From: Tepidamorphaceae bacterium
GTDB lineage: Bacteria > Pseudomonadota > Alphaproteobacteria > Rhizobiales > JAKSCL01
Direction of reading: 5' to 3'
Length of the DNA: 64,000 nucleotides
Assembly: GCA_028289445.1 (NCBI GenBank)
Contig: JANQPO010000014.1
Coordinates: 238,912 to 302,911 of the forward strand
Both the position numbers and the translations under genes were made by a program. Numbering within the stretch: the stretch's first letter is position 1; the number at the start of each line of letters is the position of its first letter. The notes beneath the pieces were generated by a model that did no database searches, was not told the DNA's origin, and was given only the letters and a program-made list of their open reading frames with translations. Of this stretch, positions 43,809 to 54,969 are shown in pieces.

Positions 43809-45165
43809 TATCCTGGTTGTCGACGATGAACGCGATATTCGCGATCTGGTCGCTGGAATCCTGGAGGATGAGGGCTATGAAGTGCGCACCGCCGCCAGCA
43901 GCGACGAGGCGCTTGCCGCGCTCAACGAGCGCAAGCCCAGCCTCGTTTTCCTCGACATCTGGCTGCAAGGCAGCGCGATGGACGGCCTGGAGATCCTTGA
44001 TCTGATCCAGCAGGACTACACCGGCGTCCCAGTTGTCATGATTTCGGGTCATGGAACAGTGGAGACCGCTGTCTCAGCGATCAAGCGCGGCGCCTACGAC
44101 TATATCGAGAAGCCGTTCAAGGTCGATCGGCTGATTGTGGTGGCTGCCAAAGCCCTCGAATTCTCCCGATTGCAGCGAGAAAACACCGAACTGAAAAAGT
44201 TCGGATCGCAGCCCGACGATATCATTGGGCAATCGAGCGCGATCAATCATCTTCGCAACGCCATCGGCCGGGTCGCGCAAACCAATAGCCGCGTCCTGAT
44301 CATGGGACCCTCCGGCGCCGGCAAGGAACTTACCGCGCGGTCGATCTCGCGCATGTCGCCACGCGCGGACGGGCCGTTCGTCGTTCTCAATGCCGCGGCG
44401 ATCACGCCGGAGCGTATGGAAGTCGAGTTGTTCGGAACGGAAGCGAATGGCGCGGAGACGCGCAAGATCGGCGCGCTTGAAGAGGCCCATGGCGGCACGC
44501 TTTACCTGGATGAAATCTCCGATATGCCGTTGGAAACCCAGGGTAAGATCCTGCGTGTCCTCATCGACCAAACCTTCCAGCGGGTCGGCGGCAGCCAGCG
44601 GATCAAAGTCGATGTGCGCGTCATGTCGTCCTCCAGCCGCGATCTGGAAGGAGAGATTGCCGACGGCCGGCTTCGCGAGGATCTGTTTCATCGCCTCTCG
44701 GTCGTTCCCATCCGCGTGCCGGGTCTGGCCGAGCGCCGCGACGATATTCCGTTCCTGATTGAGCATTTCATGGACCTGATCTGCGCGCAGACCGGCCTGC
44801 CGAAGCGGACGATCGCGGAGGACGCCATGGCGATCCTGCAGTCGCATGATTGGCCCGGCAACGTTCGCCAGCTGCGCAACAATGTCGAACGCCTCTTGAT
44901 CCTCACCGGCGGCGATCCGGACGCGCAGATCACGGCCGATCTCTTGCCCGCCGAGGTCGGCGCCGCCTTACCGCCCGTTCCCACCGGATCGGGAGGAGAA
45001 CAGATCATGGCGCTGCCCTTACGCGATGCGCGGGAAGTGTTCGAGCGGGAGTATCTTAGCGCCCAGATCAAACGCTTCGGCGGCAATATCTCGCGCACGG
45101 CCGAGTATATCGGCATGGAGCGTTCCGCGCTTCACCGCAAATTGAAGACGCTCGGCCTCAATTGA
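43798..45165 (+). CDS. ntrX: Response regulator NtrX (sigma-54-activator-like)
   Basis: MAADILVVDDERDIRD receiver domain, AAA+ domain (GPSGAGKE) and C-terminal HTH. Overlaps the ntrY end by 11 nt. Confidence 0.9.
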   Translation: MAADILVVDDERDIRDLVAGILEDEGYEVRTAASSDEALAALNERKPSLVFLDIWLQGSAMDGLEILDLIQQDYTGVPVVMISGHGTVETAVSAIKRGAYDYIEKPFKVDRLIVVAAKALEFSRLQRENTELKKFGSQPDDIIGQSSAINHLRNAIGRVAQTNSRVLIMGPSGAGKELTARSISRMSPRADGPFVVLNAAAITPERMEVELFGTEANGAETRKIGALEEAHGGTLYLDEISDMPLETQGKILRVLIDQTFQRVGGSQRIKVDVRVMSSSSRDLEGEIADGRLREDLFHRLSVVPIRVPGLAERRDDIPFLIEHFMDLICAQTGLPKRTIAEDAMAILQSHDWPGNVRQLRNNVERLLILTGGDPDAQITADLLPAEVGAALPPVPTGSGGEQIMALPLRDAREVFEREYLSAQIKRFGGNISRTAEYIGMERSALHRKLKTLGLN

Positions 45166-45240
45166 CCGGTTCCGAATCTGCCATTACGCCTAGGCGGGTA
45201 GGCGGGGCGCCATGGCACTAGTTCCGCATCGGGATCCGGT

Positions 45241-46617
45241 ATGAAAGTCATCATTTGCGGGGCAGGGCAGGTCGGCTTCGGCATTGCAGAGCGCCTCTCG
45301 ACCGAGCAAAACGACGTCTCCATCATCGATTCCGCGCCCCATTTGATCGAATCGATCGCCGATACGCTGGATGTCCGGGGTTTCGTCGGTCACGGCTCGC
45401 ACCCCGACGTGCTGCGCCAGGCCGGCGCCGAAGACGCGGACATGATCATCGCCGTCACGCTCTATGACGAAGTGAACATGGTCGCCTGCCAGGTCGCGCA
45501 TTCCCTTTTCAACATCCCGACGAAGGTCGCGCGTATTCGCGCCCAGGATTATCTGCGCACCGAATGGTCGGACCTGTTCTCGCGCGAGCACATGCCGATC
45601 GACGTTATTATCTCGCCGGAGGTCGAGGTCGGCGAGATGGTCCTGCGCCGCCTACAGCTTCCAGGTGCCTTCGACACCGTCAACTTCGCAGACGGCGAGG
45701 TCGTCGTCTTGGGCATCGTGTGTGAGGAAGACTGTCCTGTCGTCGACACACCGCTCAGCCAGTTGACCGAGCTGTTTCCCGATTTCATGGCCGTGGTCGT
45801 GGCCGTCCAACGAGGCGAGCGCCTCTTCGTGCCGCAAAGCGATGACAGTCTGCTTGTCGAGGACCAGGTCTATCTGGTTGCCGTGAAGGACCAGGTCAGC
45901 CGGGCGTTCAAACTGTTCGGGCATCCCGAACAGCAAGCGCAACGCGTTATCATCGGGGGCGGCGGCAATATCGGGCTTTATGTTGCCCATGAATTGGAGC
46001 GGCGACAGGCGCGCACCAAGGTCAAGGTGATCGAGGCGAACCGTGACCGGGCCATCCGGATCGCCGATGACCTGAATCGGACCGTCGTTCTTCACGGCAG
46101 TTCGCTCGACGCAGAGATTTTGCGTGAGGCCGATGTCGCGGAGGCCGACACGCTGGTCGCGCTCACCAATGACGATAAGGTCAATCTTCTGTCTTGTGTG
46201 TCGGCCAAACAGCTTGGCTGCGCCGCAAGCCTGTGCCTGGTCAACGATAAACGCTCGCCGGCTCTGGCGCGCTCGCTCGGCGTCGACGCCTATATCAATC
46301 CGCGCGCGATCACGATCTCGAAAGTGCTGCAATATGTGCGGCGTGGGCGGATTCGCGGGGTCCATTCCGTCGAAGGCGGAGCTGGTGAGATCATCGAGGC
46401 GGAGGCGCTGCAAACCTCGCCGCTTGTCGGCAAACCGCTGCGCGAGCTCGACATGCTCGATGGCGTGCGGATCGGCGCGGTCTATCGCGATGGCGCGGTG
46501 ATCATCCCGCGCGGCGACACGCAAATCCAGGCGAACGATCGCGTCGTGATTTTCGCGCTTGCCGAACGTGTGAAGCAAGTCGAGCAGATGTTCCGCGTCA
46601 GCCTCGAATTCTTCTGA
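45241..46617 (+). CDS. trkA: Trk system potassium uptake protein TrkA
   Basis: Two Rossmann/RCK units (MKVIICGAGQVG and VIIGGGGNIG). Confidence 0.92.
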   Translation: MKVIICGAGQVGFGIAERLSTEQNDVSIIDSAPHLIESIADTLDVRGFVGHGSHPDVLRQAGAEDADMIIAVTLYDEVNMVACQVAHSLFNIPTKVARIRAQDYLRTEWSDLFSREHMPIDVIISPEVEVGEMVLRRLQLPGAFDTVNFADGEVVVLGIVCEEDCPVVDTPLSQLTELFPDFMAVVVAVQRGERLFVPQSDDSLLVEDQVYLVAVKDQVSRAFKLFGHPEQQAQRVIIGGGGNIGLYVAHELERRQARTKVKVIEANRDRAIRIADDLNRTVVLHGSSLDAEILREADVAEADTLVALTNDDKVNLLSCVSAKQLGCAASLCLVNDKRSPALARSLGVDAYINPRAITISKVLQYVRRGRIRGVHSVEGGAGEIIEAEALQTSPLVGKPLRELDMLDGVRIGAVYRDGAVIIPRGDTQIQANDRVVIFALAERVKQVEQMFRVSLEFF

Positions 46618-46636
46618 GTCGACCGGTGTCGGCGCA

Positions 46637-48100
46637 ATGACATCGGTGCTCTTTCTCTTCGGCTGGTTTCTTGGCACGGCCAGCGCCATGCTCTTTCTCA
46701 CTTCGGCGATCTCGGCGCTGATCGATCCGCCGGGCACGGCCGCGGTGATGGGCGTTTCCGCAGCCGTGATCGGATTTTGCGGGGTTGCGCTGATCCTGGC
46801 GTTTCGCGGACGGGAACGGCGGCTCGTGCGGGCGCAATCTTACTTCCTGGCCGTGCTCGTCTGGTTCGTCGGTCCGCTGGCGCTGGCGCTTCCCATGCGT
46901 TTCGCGCTTCCCGAAACCGGCTGGCTGGACGCCTACACGGACACGGTCTCTGCCTTCACCACGTTCGGCAGTGTTTTTTTAAGCGATTACAATGCGATAC
47001 CGCCTGGTCTCAAGATCTGGCGAGCGGTTGTGGCTTGGCTTGGAGGTCTATCCTCGCTAGCGGTGATTCTGGTCGTCTTGGCGCCGAACAAGGTCGGCGG
47101 CCTCCTCGTGGGGCGACGCCACGATCCCGAACACAGGACTCTGACACAGTGGAACCGGGTCTTGACGATGTTCACACGCATCCTGCCGGTCTATGTCGGC
47201 GCCACGATCATTCTGTTCCTGGCCTTTGAATTGGCTGGCGTTCCGGCGATCGATTCTCTCATTCTGGCCATGGGTACGATTTCGACATCCGGGATCCAGG
47301 CGGAGACCGGCGACTTGGCCATCTATCCGAGCGCGGGAGTCATGTGGATCGCCATTATCGGCATGCTTGCGGGCGGTCTCGGCGTCTTGTGGCTTGGCGC
47401 CAGCGTGCGCATTCGCCTGAATTCGGTGCGCGATCACTGGGAAAGCGTGATCGCGGTTGGGTTGTGCATCGTCATTGCCACGCCGATCGGGGTTTCGTTG
47501 TATCTGGGGGCAGCGGGGGCGGCCGGATTATCGCCGCTCGATGCCATAGGCGAGGGGCTGTTGACGGCCGTCTCCCTGGTTACGACGAGCGGCTATAGCA
47601 TCCGTCCCGAGAGCACCACGATCCTGCCATTGTCGATCATGTTGTCGATTGTCGCTGTCGGCGGTGTGACGGTGTCGACCGCGGGTGGCTTCAAAGTATT
47701 TCGCCTGCTCGCCATGTTCGCGCAGTCGCGCCGCGAGCTGAGCCGGCTGATCTATCCCCACCGCATCCTCGCCATGCGGGTCGGTGAACAGGACTACGAC
47801 ATCCAGCTGATGAAAGCGGTTTGGGCGTCGTTCGCAATTTATTGTGCGGCGGTGTGCGTGCTGTCCGTCATCTTAGCCTATGACATGCCGGACTATGTCG
47901 GCGCTTTAGGCGTCGCGGTCGCAACGATGTCGAGCATTGGTCCCGTCGTCGAGACGCATACAATATTCGAAGGAGAATGGGTGGGTTTTGCGGGCTTGAG
48001 TGCTCTAACCAAACTGGCCATGATCGTTGGAATGATCTTGGGGCGGCTTGAAATCCTTGCCGCTTTGACCCTTATGAACATTCGTTTGGTTCGCGCTTGA
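46637..48100 (+). CDS. trkH: TrkH-family potassium transporter membrane subunit
   Basis: 487-aa polytopic membrane protein immediately after trkA, with TTSG/TSGI pore-like motifs. Confidence 0.85.
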   Translation: MTSVLFLFGWFLGTASAMLFLTSAISALIDPPGTAAVMGVSAAVIGFCGVALILAFRGRERRLVRAQSYFLAVLVWFVGPLALALPMRFALPETGWLDAYTDTVSAFTTFGSVFLSDYNAIPPGLKIWRAVVAWLGGLSSLAVILVVLAPNKVGGLLVGRRHDPEHRTLTQWNRVLTMFTRILPVYVGATIILFLAFELAGVPAIDSLILAMGTISTSGIQAETGDLAIYPSAGVMWIAIIGMLAGGLGVLWLGASVRIRLNSVRDHWESVIAVGLCIVIATPIGVSLYLGAAGAAGLSPLDAIGEGLLTAVSLVTTSGYSIRPESTTILPLSIMLSIVAVGGVTVSTAGGFKVFRLLAMFAQSRRELSRLIYPHRILAMRVGEQDYDIQLMKAVWASFAIYCAAVCVLSVILAYDMPDYVGALGVAVATMSSIGPVVETHTIFEGEWVGFAGLSALTKLAMIVGMILGRLEILAALTLMNIRLVRA

Positions 48101-48113
48101 TCTGGAGAGGCAA

Positions 48114-48977
48114 ATGTCGCGCATTGCCTATGTCAACGGCCGCTACCGCCCTCATCGCGACGCTGCGGTTCATATCGAAGATCGCGGCTATCAGTTCGCC
48201 GACGGGGTGTATGAGGTCTGCGAAGTGCGCGACGGCCATCTTGTCGATGAACCGCGCCATATGGCACGCCTCAATCGGTCGTTAAGCGAGCTTGACATTC
48301 GCTCGCCGATGCCGGCAGGCGCGCTCTCTTTCGTCTTGCGGGAGACCGCCCGTCGAAACCGTGTGCACGACGGCCTCGTCTATGTGCAGGTGACGCGGGG
48401 CGTGGCGCCGCGCGACCATGCCTTTCCGGGCGGCGAGGTCGCGCCGGCGGTCGTTGTGACAGCGAAACCGATCAATCGGCAGATCGGCGAGGCCAACGCC
48501 GAAACCGGGTTCAAAGTCGTCACGGTGCCCGACAACCGCTGGGACCGGGTCGACATCAAATCCGTCAGCCTGCTGCCGAACGTCATGGCCAAGCAAGCGG
48601 CCAAACTGAAGGGTGCCAATGAAGCGTGGTATGTCGATGCGGACGGATTTGTCACCGAGGGATCATCCACCAATGCTTGGATTGTCGACGGGGAGGGACG
48701 TCTGATCACGCGCTCAGCGGAGCACGGGATTTTGCGCGGCATCACGCGCGCCGTCGTGTTCGACCTGGCCCGCCGCGATGGACTGGAGATCGTCGAACGG
48801 GCATTCACCGTGGACGAGGCGAAACAGGCCCGCGAGGCGTTCGTCACCGCCGCATCCACGGTTGTCATGCCGGTGGTACAAATTGACGAAACGCCGATTG
48901 GCAATGGCGCGCCGGGATCCATAGCGACCGAGCTGCGCGAAAAGTTTCATACGATGGTTCATCTGGGGACGAATTAG
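48114..48977 (+). CDS. Class IV (D-amino-acid / branched-chain type) aminotransferase
   Basis: 287 aa with DRGYQFADGVYE and GILRGITR motifs. The D-amino-acid transaminase subfamily is likely but not provable here. Confidence 0.8.
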   Translation: MSRIAYVNGRYRPHRDAAVHIEDRGYQFADGVYEVCEVRDGHLVDEPRHMARLNRSLSELDIRSPMPAGALSFVLRETARRNRVHDGLVYVQVTRGVAPRDHAFPGGEVAPAVVVTAKPINRQIGEANAETGFKVVTVPDNRWDRVDIKSVSLLPNVMAKQAAKLKGANEAWYVDADGFVTEGSSTNAWIVDGEGRLITRSAEHGILRGITRAVVFDLARRDGLEIVERAFTVDEAKQAREAFVTAASTVVMPVVQIDETPIGNGAPGSIATELREKFHTMVHLGTN

Positions 48978-49118
48978 GTGCGTTGCACAAAAATTGATCA
49001 ATTGCGCACAAATTGTCGCACCCCCATATGGTTTATCTTGCAGTGAGTCGGTCGCGACCGTCTAATAAGTCGACACACGTGCAAATCGTTCATCACAAGA
49101 CCCAATGAAAGGCGAGCG

Positions 49119-49364
49119 ATGGCGGCGGATCGAGCACAGAACTTACAGGACACTTTTTTAAATCATGTCCGCAAGAACAAAGTATCCCTGACGATATTTC
49201 TGGTGAATGGCGTAAAACTCCAGGGAATCGTCACCTGGTTCGACAATTTTTGCGTGCTATTGCGGCGCGATGGCCACTCGCAGTTGGTGTATAAGCACGC
49301 CATCTCGACCATCATGCCCGGCCAACCGGTCCAGCTTTTTGAAGGCAACGACGACGCCGAATGA
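49119..49364 (+). CDS. hfq: RNA chaperone Hfq
   Basis: [40 protein letters not shown] (Sm1/Sm2 motifs). Confidence 0.97.
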   Translation: MAADRAQNLQDTFLNHVRKNKVSLTIFLVNGVKLQGIVTWFDNFCVLLRRDGHSQLVYKHAISTIMPGQPVQLFEGNDDAE

Positions 49365-49368
49365 TCCG

Positions 49369-50790
49369 ATGAAACCGCAAGGTGGAAATGGTGCCGGCGG
49401 CGCCATTGCCGACCATGCACGTCCGGAGCGGCCTTATCCCGTCGAGCCGCCGGCGACCCGCGCAGCGGTGATCGGCGCCTATTTGGCACCGAAGGCGGAT
49501 CGCGGGCGAACACGGTCTGACCGAACCGTTGATAATCGTCTGGAGGAGGCGATCGGCCTGACCGAAGCCATCGGCGTGAATGTCGTCCATCGCGAGGCTC
49601 TATCACTCAACGCAATTCGCCCGGCGACCTTTCTCGGCTCAGGTCATGTGGCGACACTGAAGCGCCGGGTGGCGGATGACAAGATTGCGCTCGTTATCGT
49701 CGACACGACGCTGTCGCCGACACAGCAGCGCAATCTGGAGCGCGACTTGAACGCCAAGGTTCTCGACCGGACCGGATTGATTCTCGAAATCTTCGGCGAG
49801 CGTGCGCAAACGCGGGAAGGGCGCCTTCAGGTCGACTTCGCGCACTTGAGTTATCAGAAGAGCCGTCTGGTGCGGTCTTGGACCCACCTTGAGCGGCAGC
49901 GCGGGTCGCTCGGGTTCATCGGCGGACCGGGCGAGACGCAGATCGAATCGGATCGGCGCCAACTTCAGGAGCGTATTTCGCGCATCGAAAAGGAGCTGGC
50001 GTCCGTTCGGCGAACGCGCGGCCTGCACCGCAACCAAAGGCAGCGCAACCGGATTCCCGTCGTCGCTCTTGTCGGCTATACCAATGCCGGCAAATCGACT
50101 CTGTTCAATCGCCTGACGGGCGCCGGCGTTGTGGCCAAAGACCAGTTGTTCGCGACGCTCGATCCAACGGCGCGGCAGGTTGCGCTGCCAGGGGGCCCCA
50201 GCATCATCCTATCCGACACGGTCGGGTTCATCTCCGATCTGCCGACGACATTGGTCGCGGCTTTTCGCGCGACCCTTGAAGAGGTGATTGAGGCGGATGT
50301 CATCCTGCATATCCGCGATGTCAGCCAACCCGATTCCGACATCCAGGCGCAGGATGTCGAGGATGTGCTTCGCCAGCTCGGCATCGATCCCGAGACAGAC
50401 GACCGTATCGTGACCGTGTGGAACAAGGCGGACCTGATCTCCGCCGAGGACTGTCCGCTGCCCATGAACGGCGGTACCGCAGCCGCAAATGGAAATGGGA
50501 GTCAAAGGCCGCTCCTGGTATCTGCGCTGACAGGCGAGGGCATCGATACGCTAACCTCGGCGATCGAGGCGTTTTTGTCTGAGGCTGATACCAAGGCACA
50601 AATCGTCCTTGCACCGCACGAGGGCGCCGCCATGAACTGGCTCTACGAGCGGGGTCAGGTCGTGACGCGCGACGATCTCGGCGACGGGCGCGTCTCGCTA
50701 AGCGTCGTGCTGGCGATCGAGCGGCTCGATCAGTTCAAGAAGCAGTTCTGCTCGGCCAAGCACGACATCCAGGTTTCGGCCGAAGCTTAG
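49369..50790 (+). CDS. hflX: GTPase HflX
   Basis: GYTNAGKSTLFN P-loop and DTVGFI motifs. Starts 4 nt after hfq. The track extension into hfq is rejected. Confidence 0.93.
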   Translation: MKPQGGNGAGGAIADHARPERPYPVEPPATRAAVIGAYLAPKADRGRTRSDRTVDNRLEEAIGLTEAIGVNVVHREALSLNAIRPATFLGSGHVATLKRRVADDKIALVIVDTTLSPTQQRNLERDLNAKVLDRTGLILEIFGERAQTREGRLQVDFAHLSYQKSRLVRSWTHLERQRGSLGFIGGPGETQIESDRRQLQERISRIEKELASVRRTRGLHRNQRQRNRIPVVALVGYTNAGKSTLFNRLTGAGVVAKDQLFATLDPTARQVALPGGPSIILSDTVGFISDLPTTLVAAFRATLEEVIEADVILHIRDVSQPDSDIQAQDVEDVLRQLGIDPETDDRIVTVWNKADLISAEDCPLPMNGGTAAANGNGSQRPLLVSALTGEGIDTLTSAIEAFLSEADTKAQIVLAPHEGAAMNWLYERGQVVTRDDLGDGRVSLSVVLAIERLDQFKKQFCSAKHDIQVSAEA

Positions 50791-51626
50791 CGCGGTTCGT
50801 CGGCCTTCGCGGCCTGCCAAGCCGCTTCCATGTCATCGAGCGATGAATCGGCCATCGATTGATCCGTGGCTTCGATCGATCTCTCCATCGCTTTGAATCG
50901 GCGTTCGAATTTGCGATTCCCTTGTCTCAACGCGTCCTCGGGGTCGAGTCCCAGATGCCGTGAAAGATTAGCGACCGCGAACAAGAGGTCGCCGATCTCC
51001 TCGGCGATTGCATCGCGTTTGCCGGTGTGCATTGCGCCACGCACCTCGGATATTTCTTCTTCGATCTTTGCAATCACTTCATTGGCGTCACGCCAGTCAA
51101 ATCCGACGCGGGCAGCTTTCTTTTGCAGCTTTTCCGCACGCATCAGCGCGGGCAGGGCATCCGGAACCCCGTCGAGACAGCTCTTGGGCTCATTGGTCTT
51201 GTTCGGATAACCGGCGGCACGACGTGCTTCGGCCCGCTGCGCCTTTTCCTCGTCCTTGATCGCCTCCCAATTGACCTTGACGGCGGCCGGAGAGGTGGCG
51301 TCCGTATTGCCGAATACGTGTGGGTGCCGTCGCACCATCTTCGTCGCAACGGCCTCGACGACGTCGCCAAACTTAAACGATCCCGCTTCCTCGGCCATCT
51401 GCGCATGAAAGACCACCTGAAGCAGGAGATCGCCCAACTCGTCCTTCAAATCGACCATGTCGCCGCGCGCGATTGCGTCGGCCACCTCATAGGCTTCTTC
51501 GATCGTGTAGGGCGCGATCGTTTGAAAGGTCTGTTCCAGGTCCCAGGGACACCCGGTGACCGGTGTGCGTAGCTGCGCCATGATATCGAGCAGAGTTTGG
51601 ATATCGCTCGGTTGGTCAGGTTTCAT
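50787..51626 (-). CDS. mazG: Nucleoside triphosphate pyrophosphohydrolase MazG
   Basis: Tandem MazG domains (EEAYEVADAI, EELGDLLLQVV and EEIGDLLFAV). Convergent stop overlaps the hflX stop. Confidence 0.92.
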   Translation of the reverse strand: MKPDQPSDIQTLLDIMAQLRTPVTGCPWDLEQTFQTIAPYTIEEAYEVADAIARGDMVDLKDELGDLLLQVVFHAQMAEEAGSFKFGDVVEAVATKMVRRHPHVFGNTDATSPAAVKVNWEAIKDEEKAQRAEARRAAGYPNKTNEPKSCLDGVPDALPALMRAEKLQKKAARVGFDWRDANEVIAKIEEEISEVRGAMHTGKRDAIAEEIGDLLFAVANLSRHLGLDPEDALRQGNRKFERRFKAMERSIEATDQSMADSSLDDMEAAWQAAKADEPR

Positions 51627-51767
51627 CGGTCTCTTGCGTTATCCCGGGCTGATTTTCCGTTAGTCGCATAATCAATATTATGGTGCATTTTCTATAAGCA
51701 GCTTTCAGTTCTTCTGCGCGCGTCGATCGCGTTTATCCGCACAAAAACAAATGGATACGGCCGTTTC

Positions 51768-52592
51768 TCACACGTCTTCAACATCGAATTCAATTGCCAT
51801 CATGTCATGAGCCGGCACGACGTGCTCCGGTGTCAGTTCGTTGAGCGCGTCGTAATCGAGATCGGTGTGGAGATTGGTCAAAATCGCTTTCTCGGGCGCC
51901 AAGCGCTCGATCCAATAGAGTGCGTCCGAAACGGAAAAATGCGAAGGATGCGGCGCGTGGCGCAAGGCGTCGACGATCCACACCTCGAGATCGCTCAGGA
52001 TCGGCAGGCTGACCTCGGGAAGGTCGCTGAGATCGCTCGAATACGCGATGCGGCCGATTTTGAGCCCGAGCGCGGTGATATCGCCGTGAACCTGATCGAA
52101 CGGTAGAAACCGGATCGGCCCGCCCGGCCCGTTGATCTCGAACGGTTCGAACGCCGTGATCGTATGTAGGTTCAGGATTGGCGGATATGAGCTGCCTTCC
52201 GGTTGCACGAAGCAATAGCCAAAGCGATCCTTGAGAATGTTGCCGGTTTTCGTATCGGCGTGCACATGGACGCGCGACCGGCCGTTGATCGCGACAACGC
52301 GCAGTTCGTCGATGCCGTGTGTGTGGTCGGCGTGCTCATGGGTGATGATGACGCCATCAAGCCAGCCGACACCGGTGTCAAGCAGTTGCTGGCGTGCATC
52401 CGGCGATGTATCGACCAGGATCGACGTGACGTCGTCGCCGTCGAACCGCTGGACGAGCAAGGAACAGCGTCGGCGGCGGTTTTTCGGGTTTTCGGGGTCG
52501 CACGCGCCCCAATTGTTGCCGATGCGCGGCACGCCGCCAGATGAACCGCAGCCAAGGATCGTCAATCGATAGCGGCTGTCTTGCGCTGTCAC
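51768..52592 (-). CDS. MBL-fold metallo-hydrolase (PhnP/GPMB-like)
   Basis: ILGCGSSGGVPR and THEHADHTHG motifs. Overlaps tatD by 4 nt. Confidence 0.85.
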   Translation of the reverse strand: MTAQDSRYRLTILGCGSSGGVPRIGNNWGACDPENPKNRRRRCSLLVQRFDGDDVTSILVDTSPDARQQLLDTGVGWLDGVIITHEHADHTHGIDELRVVAINGRSRVHVHADTKTGNILKDRFGYCFVQPEGSSYPPILNLHTITAFEPFEINGPGGPIRFLPFDQVHGDITALGLKIGRIAYSSDLSDLPEVSLPILSDLEVWIVDALRHAPHPSHFSVSDALYWIERLAPEKAILTNLHTDLDYDALNELTPEHVVPAHDMMAIEFDVEDV

Positions 52593-53389
52593 GCGGCGAC
52601 ATCCGCCGTTGTGTTCTTGGCCTTGGCGAATAGCCGGAAAAAGTTTTCCGTCGTCTGTCGCGCGATCGTCTCAAGGTCGGTGTCGCGCGTCTCGGCCAGG
52701 ACCTCCGCTGTGTGGCGAACATAAGCGGGTTCGTTAGGCTTGCCGCGATGGGGCACTGGCGCCAGATACGGCGCGTCCGTTTCGACTAGAATTCGGTCGG
52801 CAGGCGCATCGCGAGCGATGCGGCGGATGTTCTCGGCGTTCTTGAACGTCAAAATGCCGGAAAACGAAATGAAATGACCGAGTGCCAGGCCGCGCCGCGC
52901 CAGATCCGGGCCGCTGGAATAGCAGTGGAGAACGGCGGAAAACGCCCCCTTCCCCATCTCATCTTCCAGAATCGCGGCGATGTCGTCGTCTGCCGACCGC
53001 GCATGGATGATCAGCGGCAATCCGGTGCGCCGGGCGGCCGCGATATGAGTGCGAAAACCCGCTGCCTGCGCGTCGCGGGGGCTCTTGTCGTAGTGATAGT
53101 CGAGCCCGGCCTCGCCGATGGCAATGACCTTCTCGTGGCCGGCCAAGGCTACCAGATCGTCAACGCTCACATCCGGTTCTTCGGCGGCATTGTGCGGGTG
53201 GGTTCCAACGCTGCAATAGATCGATGGGTGGTTCTCGGCAATGGTCCGTATGCGGTCGAACTGGCGGACCCGCGTCGAGATCGTCACCATCGTGTGCACG
53301 TCGGCGGCCGCGGCGCGCGTCACGACACCGTCCAGATCGTCGACAAGACCCGGAAAATCGAGATGGCAATGGCTGTCGACGATATGCAT
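52589..53389 (-). CDS. tatD: TatD-family metal-dependent hydrolase (DNase)
   Basis: [12 protein letters not shown] start with EAGLDYHY and HARSADDD motifs. The ATG shares one base with the metG stop. The 99-codon upstream extension is rejected. Confidence 0.9.
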   Translation of the reverse strand: MHIVDSHCHLDFPGLVDDLDGVVTRAAAADVHTMVTISTRVRQFDRIRTIAENHPSIYCSVGTHPHNAAEEPDVSVDDLVALAGHEKVIAIGEAGLDYHYDKSPRDAQAAGFRTHIAAARRTGLPLIIHARSADDDIAAILEDEMGKGAFSAVLHCYSSGPDLARRGLALGHFISFSGILTFKNAENIRRIARDAPADRILVETDAPYLAPVPHRGKPNEPAYVRHTAEVLAETRDTDLETIARQTTENFFRLFAKAKNTTADVAA

Positions 53390-54942
53390 CAGGCGTCCTC
53401 CGTCTCCACATAGCGCGGAAAGACGGCGGTGGGTGCTGGAAGCGGTGTATCGGCCTTTAGGCTTTGACCGAGATCGGTGAACTGCCGGTGTTCTGCCGGA
53501 ACAGCGAGGAGATCGAGCAGGCGCGCCGAGGCCTCGGGCATATAGGGCTGGGTCAGGATCGCGACCTGGCGCAGTACATCGGCCGTGACGTAGAGCACCG
53601 TCGCCATGCGGGCCGGATCTGTCTTCTTCAGCGCCCAGGGTTCCTGGCCCGCGAAGTACCGGTTGGCCTCGGCGATTACCGACCAAATCGCATTGAGCGC
53701 CGAATGGATCGCTTGTTTCTCATGGGCGGACCGGCACGTGTCCAGCAACGCCGACGTCGCCCTTCGCAAAGCCTCGTCGACATCCACGAAGTTTCCAGGC
53801 GCGGGCACGCGGCCGTCGCAGTTCTTGGCGATCATCGACAGCGAGCGCTGTGCCAGATTGCCCAGATCGTTGGCAAGATCGGCGTTTATCCGCTGAACAA
53901 TGGCCTCATGACTGTAGTTTCCGTCCTGGCCGAACGGCACTTCGCGCAGGAAAAAGTAGCGCATTGGATCCCGACCGTAATGTTCGATCAGATTGAACGG
54001 GTCGATCACATTGCCCACGGATTTCGACATCTTTTCGCCGCGGTTGAACAGAAATCCGTGCGAGAAGACGCGCTTCGGTAGCGCGATACCCGCGGACATC
54101 AAAAAAGCGGGCCAGTAAACCGCGTGAAAGCGCGTAATGTCCTTGCCGATTACGTGAAGGTCGGCCGGCCAATAGCGCCAGTTCGGATCGTCGTCGTTCG
54201 GAAAACCGACACCGGTGATGTAGTTGGTCAAAGCGTCGACCCAGACATACATGACATGGCTTGGATCGTCAGGCACCTTGACGCCCCAATCGAACGTCGT
54301 GCGCGAGATCGACAGGTCCTTCAGTCCGCCTTTCACGAAACTGACGATCTCATTGCGCCGCTCCGCCGGTCCGATGAAGTCGGGATTGGCAGAATAATGG
54401 TCCAAAAGCCGATCCTGATAGGTTGAGAGTCGAAAAAAGTAGCTTTCCTCCTCGACCCACTCGACCGGCGTGCCCTGCGGTCCGTAGCGTACGCCGTCGC
54501 GCACTTCGGTTTCGCTTTCGGCGTAATAGGCCTCGTCGCGAACCGAATACCAGCCTGAATAGACGTCCTTGTAGATGTCGCCGGCGGCGGCCATCCGGCG
54601 CCAGATTTCCTGTGACGCCTCGTGGTGGCGCGGTTCGGTCGTGCGAATGAAGTCGTCATTGGAGCAGCCGAGGGCGGAGACCATGTCCTCGAACTTCGGC
54701 GTGTTGCGCGCCGCCAGATCGGCGGGGTGCCCCCCCTCCTCTTTCGCCGTCTGGTACATCTTCAAGCCGTGTTCGTCGACGCCGGTCAAAAAGAACACGT
54801 CGTGCCCGTCGAGCGCCATGAACCGGGCCAGCGCATCCGTCGCCAGCGCTTCATAGGCATGGCCGATATGCGGCGCGCCATTCGGGTAGGAAATGGCGGT
54901 GGTGATGTAATACGACGGACGGTCGGTCATCGGTCTTGGCAT
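53389..54942 (-). CDS. metG: Methionine--tRNA ligase
   Basis: [20 protein letters not shown] (HIGH) and KMSKSVGN motifs. Confidence 0.95.
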   Translation of the reverse strand: MPRPMTDRPSYYITTAISYPNGAPHIGHAYEALATDALARFMALDGHDVFFLTGVDEHGLKMYQTAKEEGGHPADLAARNTPKFEDMVSALGCSNDDFIRTTEPRHHEASQEIWRRMAAAGDIYKDVYSGWYSVRDEAYYAESETEVRDGVRYGPQGTPVEWVEEESYFFRLSTYQDRLLDHYSANPDFIGPAERRNEIVSFVKGGLKDLSISRTTFDWGVKVPDDPSHVMYVWVDALTNYITGVGFPNDDDPNWRYWPADLHVIGKDITRFHAVYWPAFLMSAGIALPKRVFSHGFLFNRGEKMSKSVGNVIDPFNLIEHYGRDPMRYFFLREVPFGQDGNYSHEAIVQRINADLANDLGNLAQRSLSMIAKNCDGRVPAPGNFVDVDEALRRATSALLDTCRSAHEKQAIHSALNAIWSVIAEANRYFAGQEPWALKKTDPARMATVLYVTADVLRQVAILTQPYMPEASARLLDLLAVPAEHRQFTDLGQSLKADTPLPAPTAVFPRYVETEDA

Positions 54943-54969
54943 GGGCTCCAGAAATTGTGCCCCAAGCGG

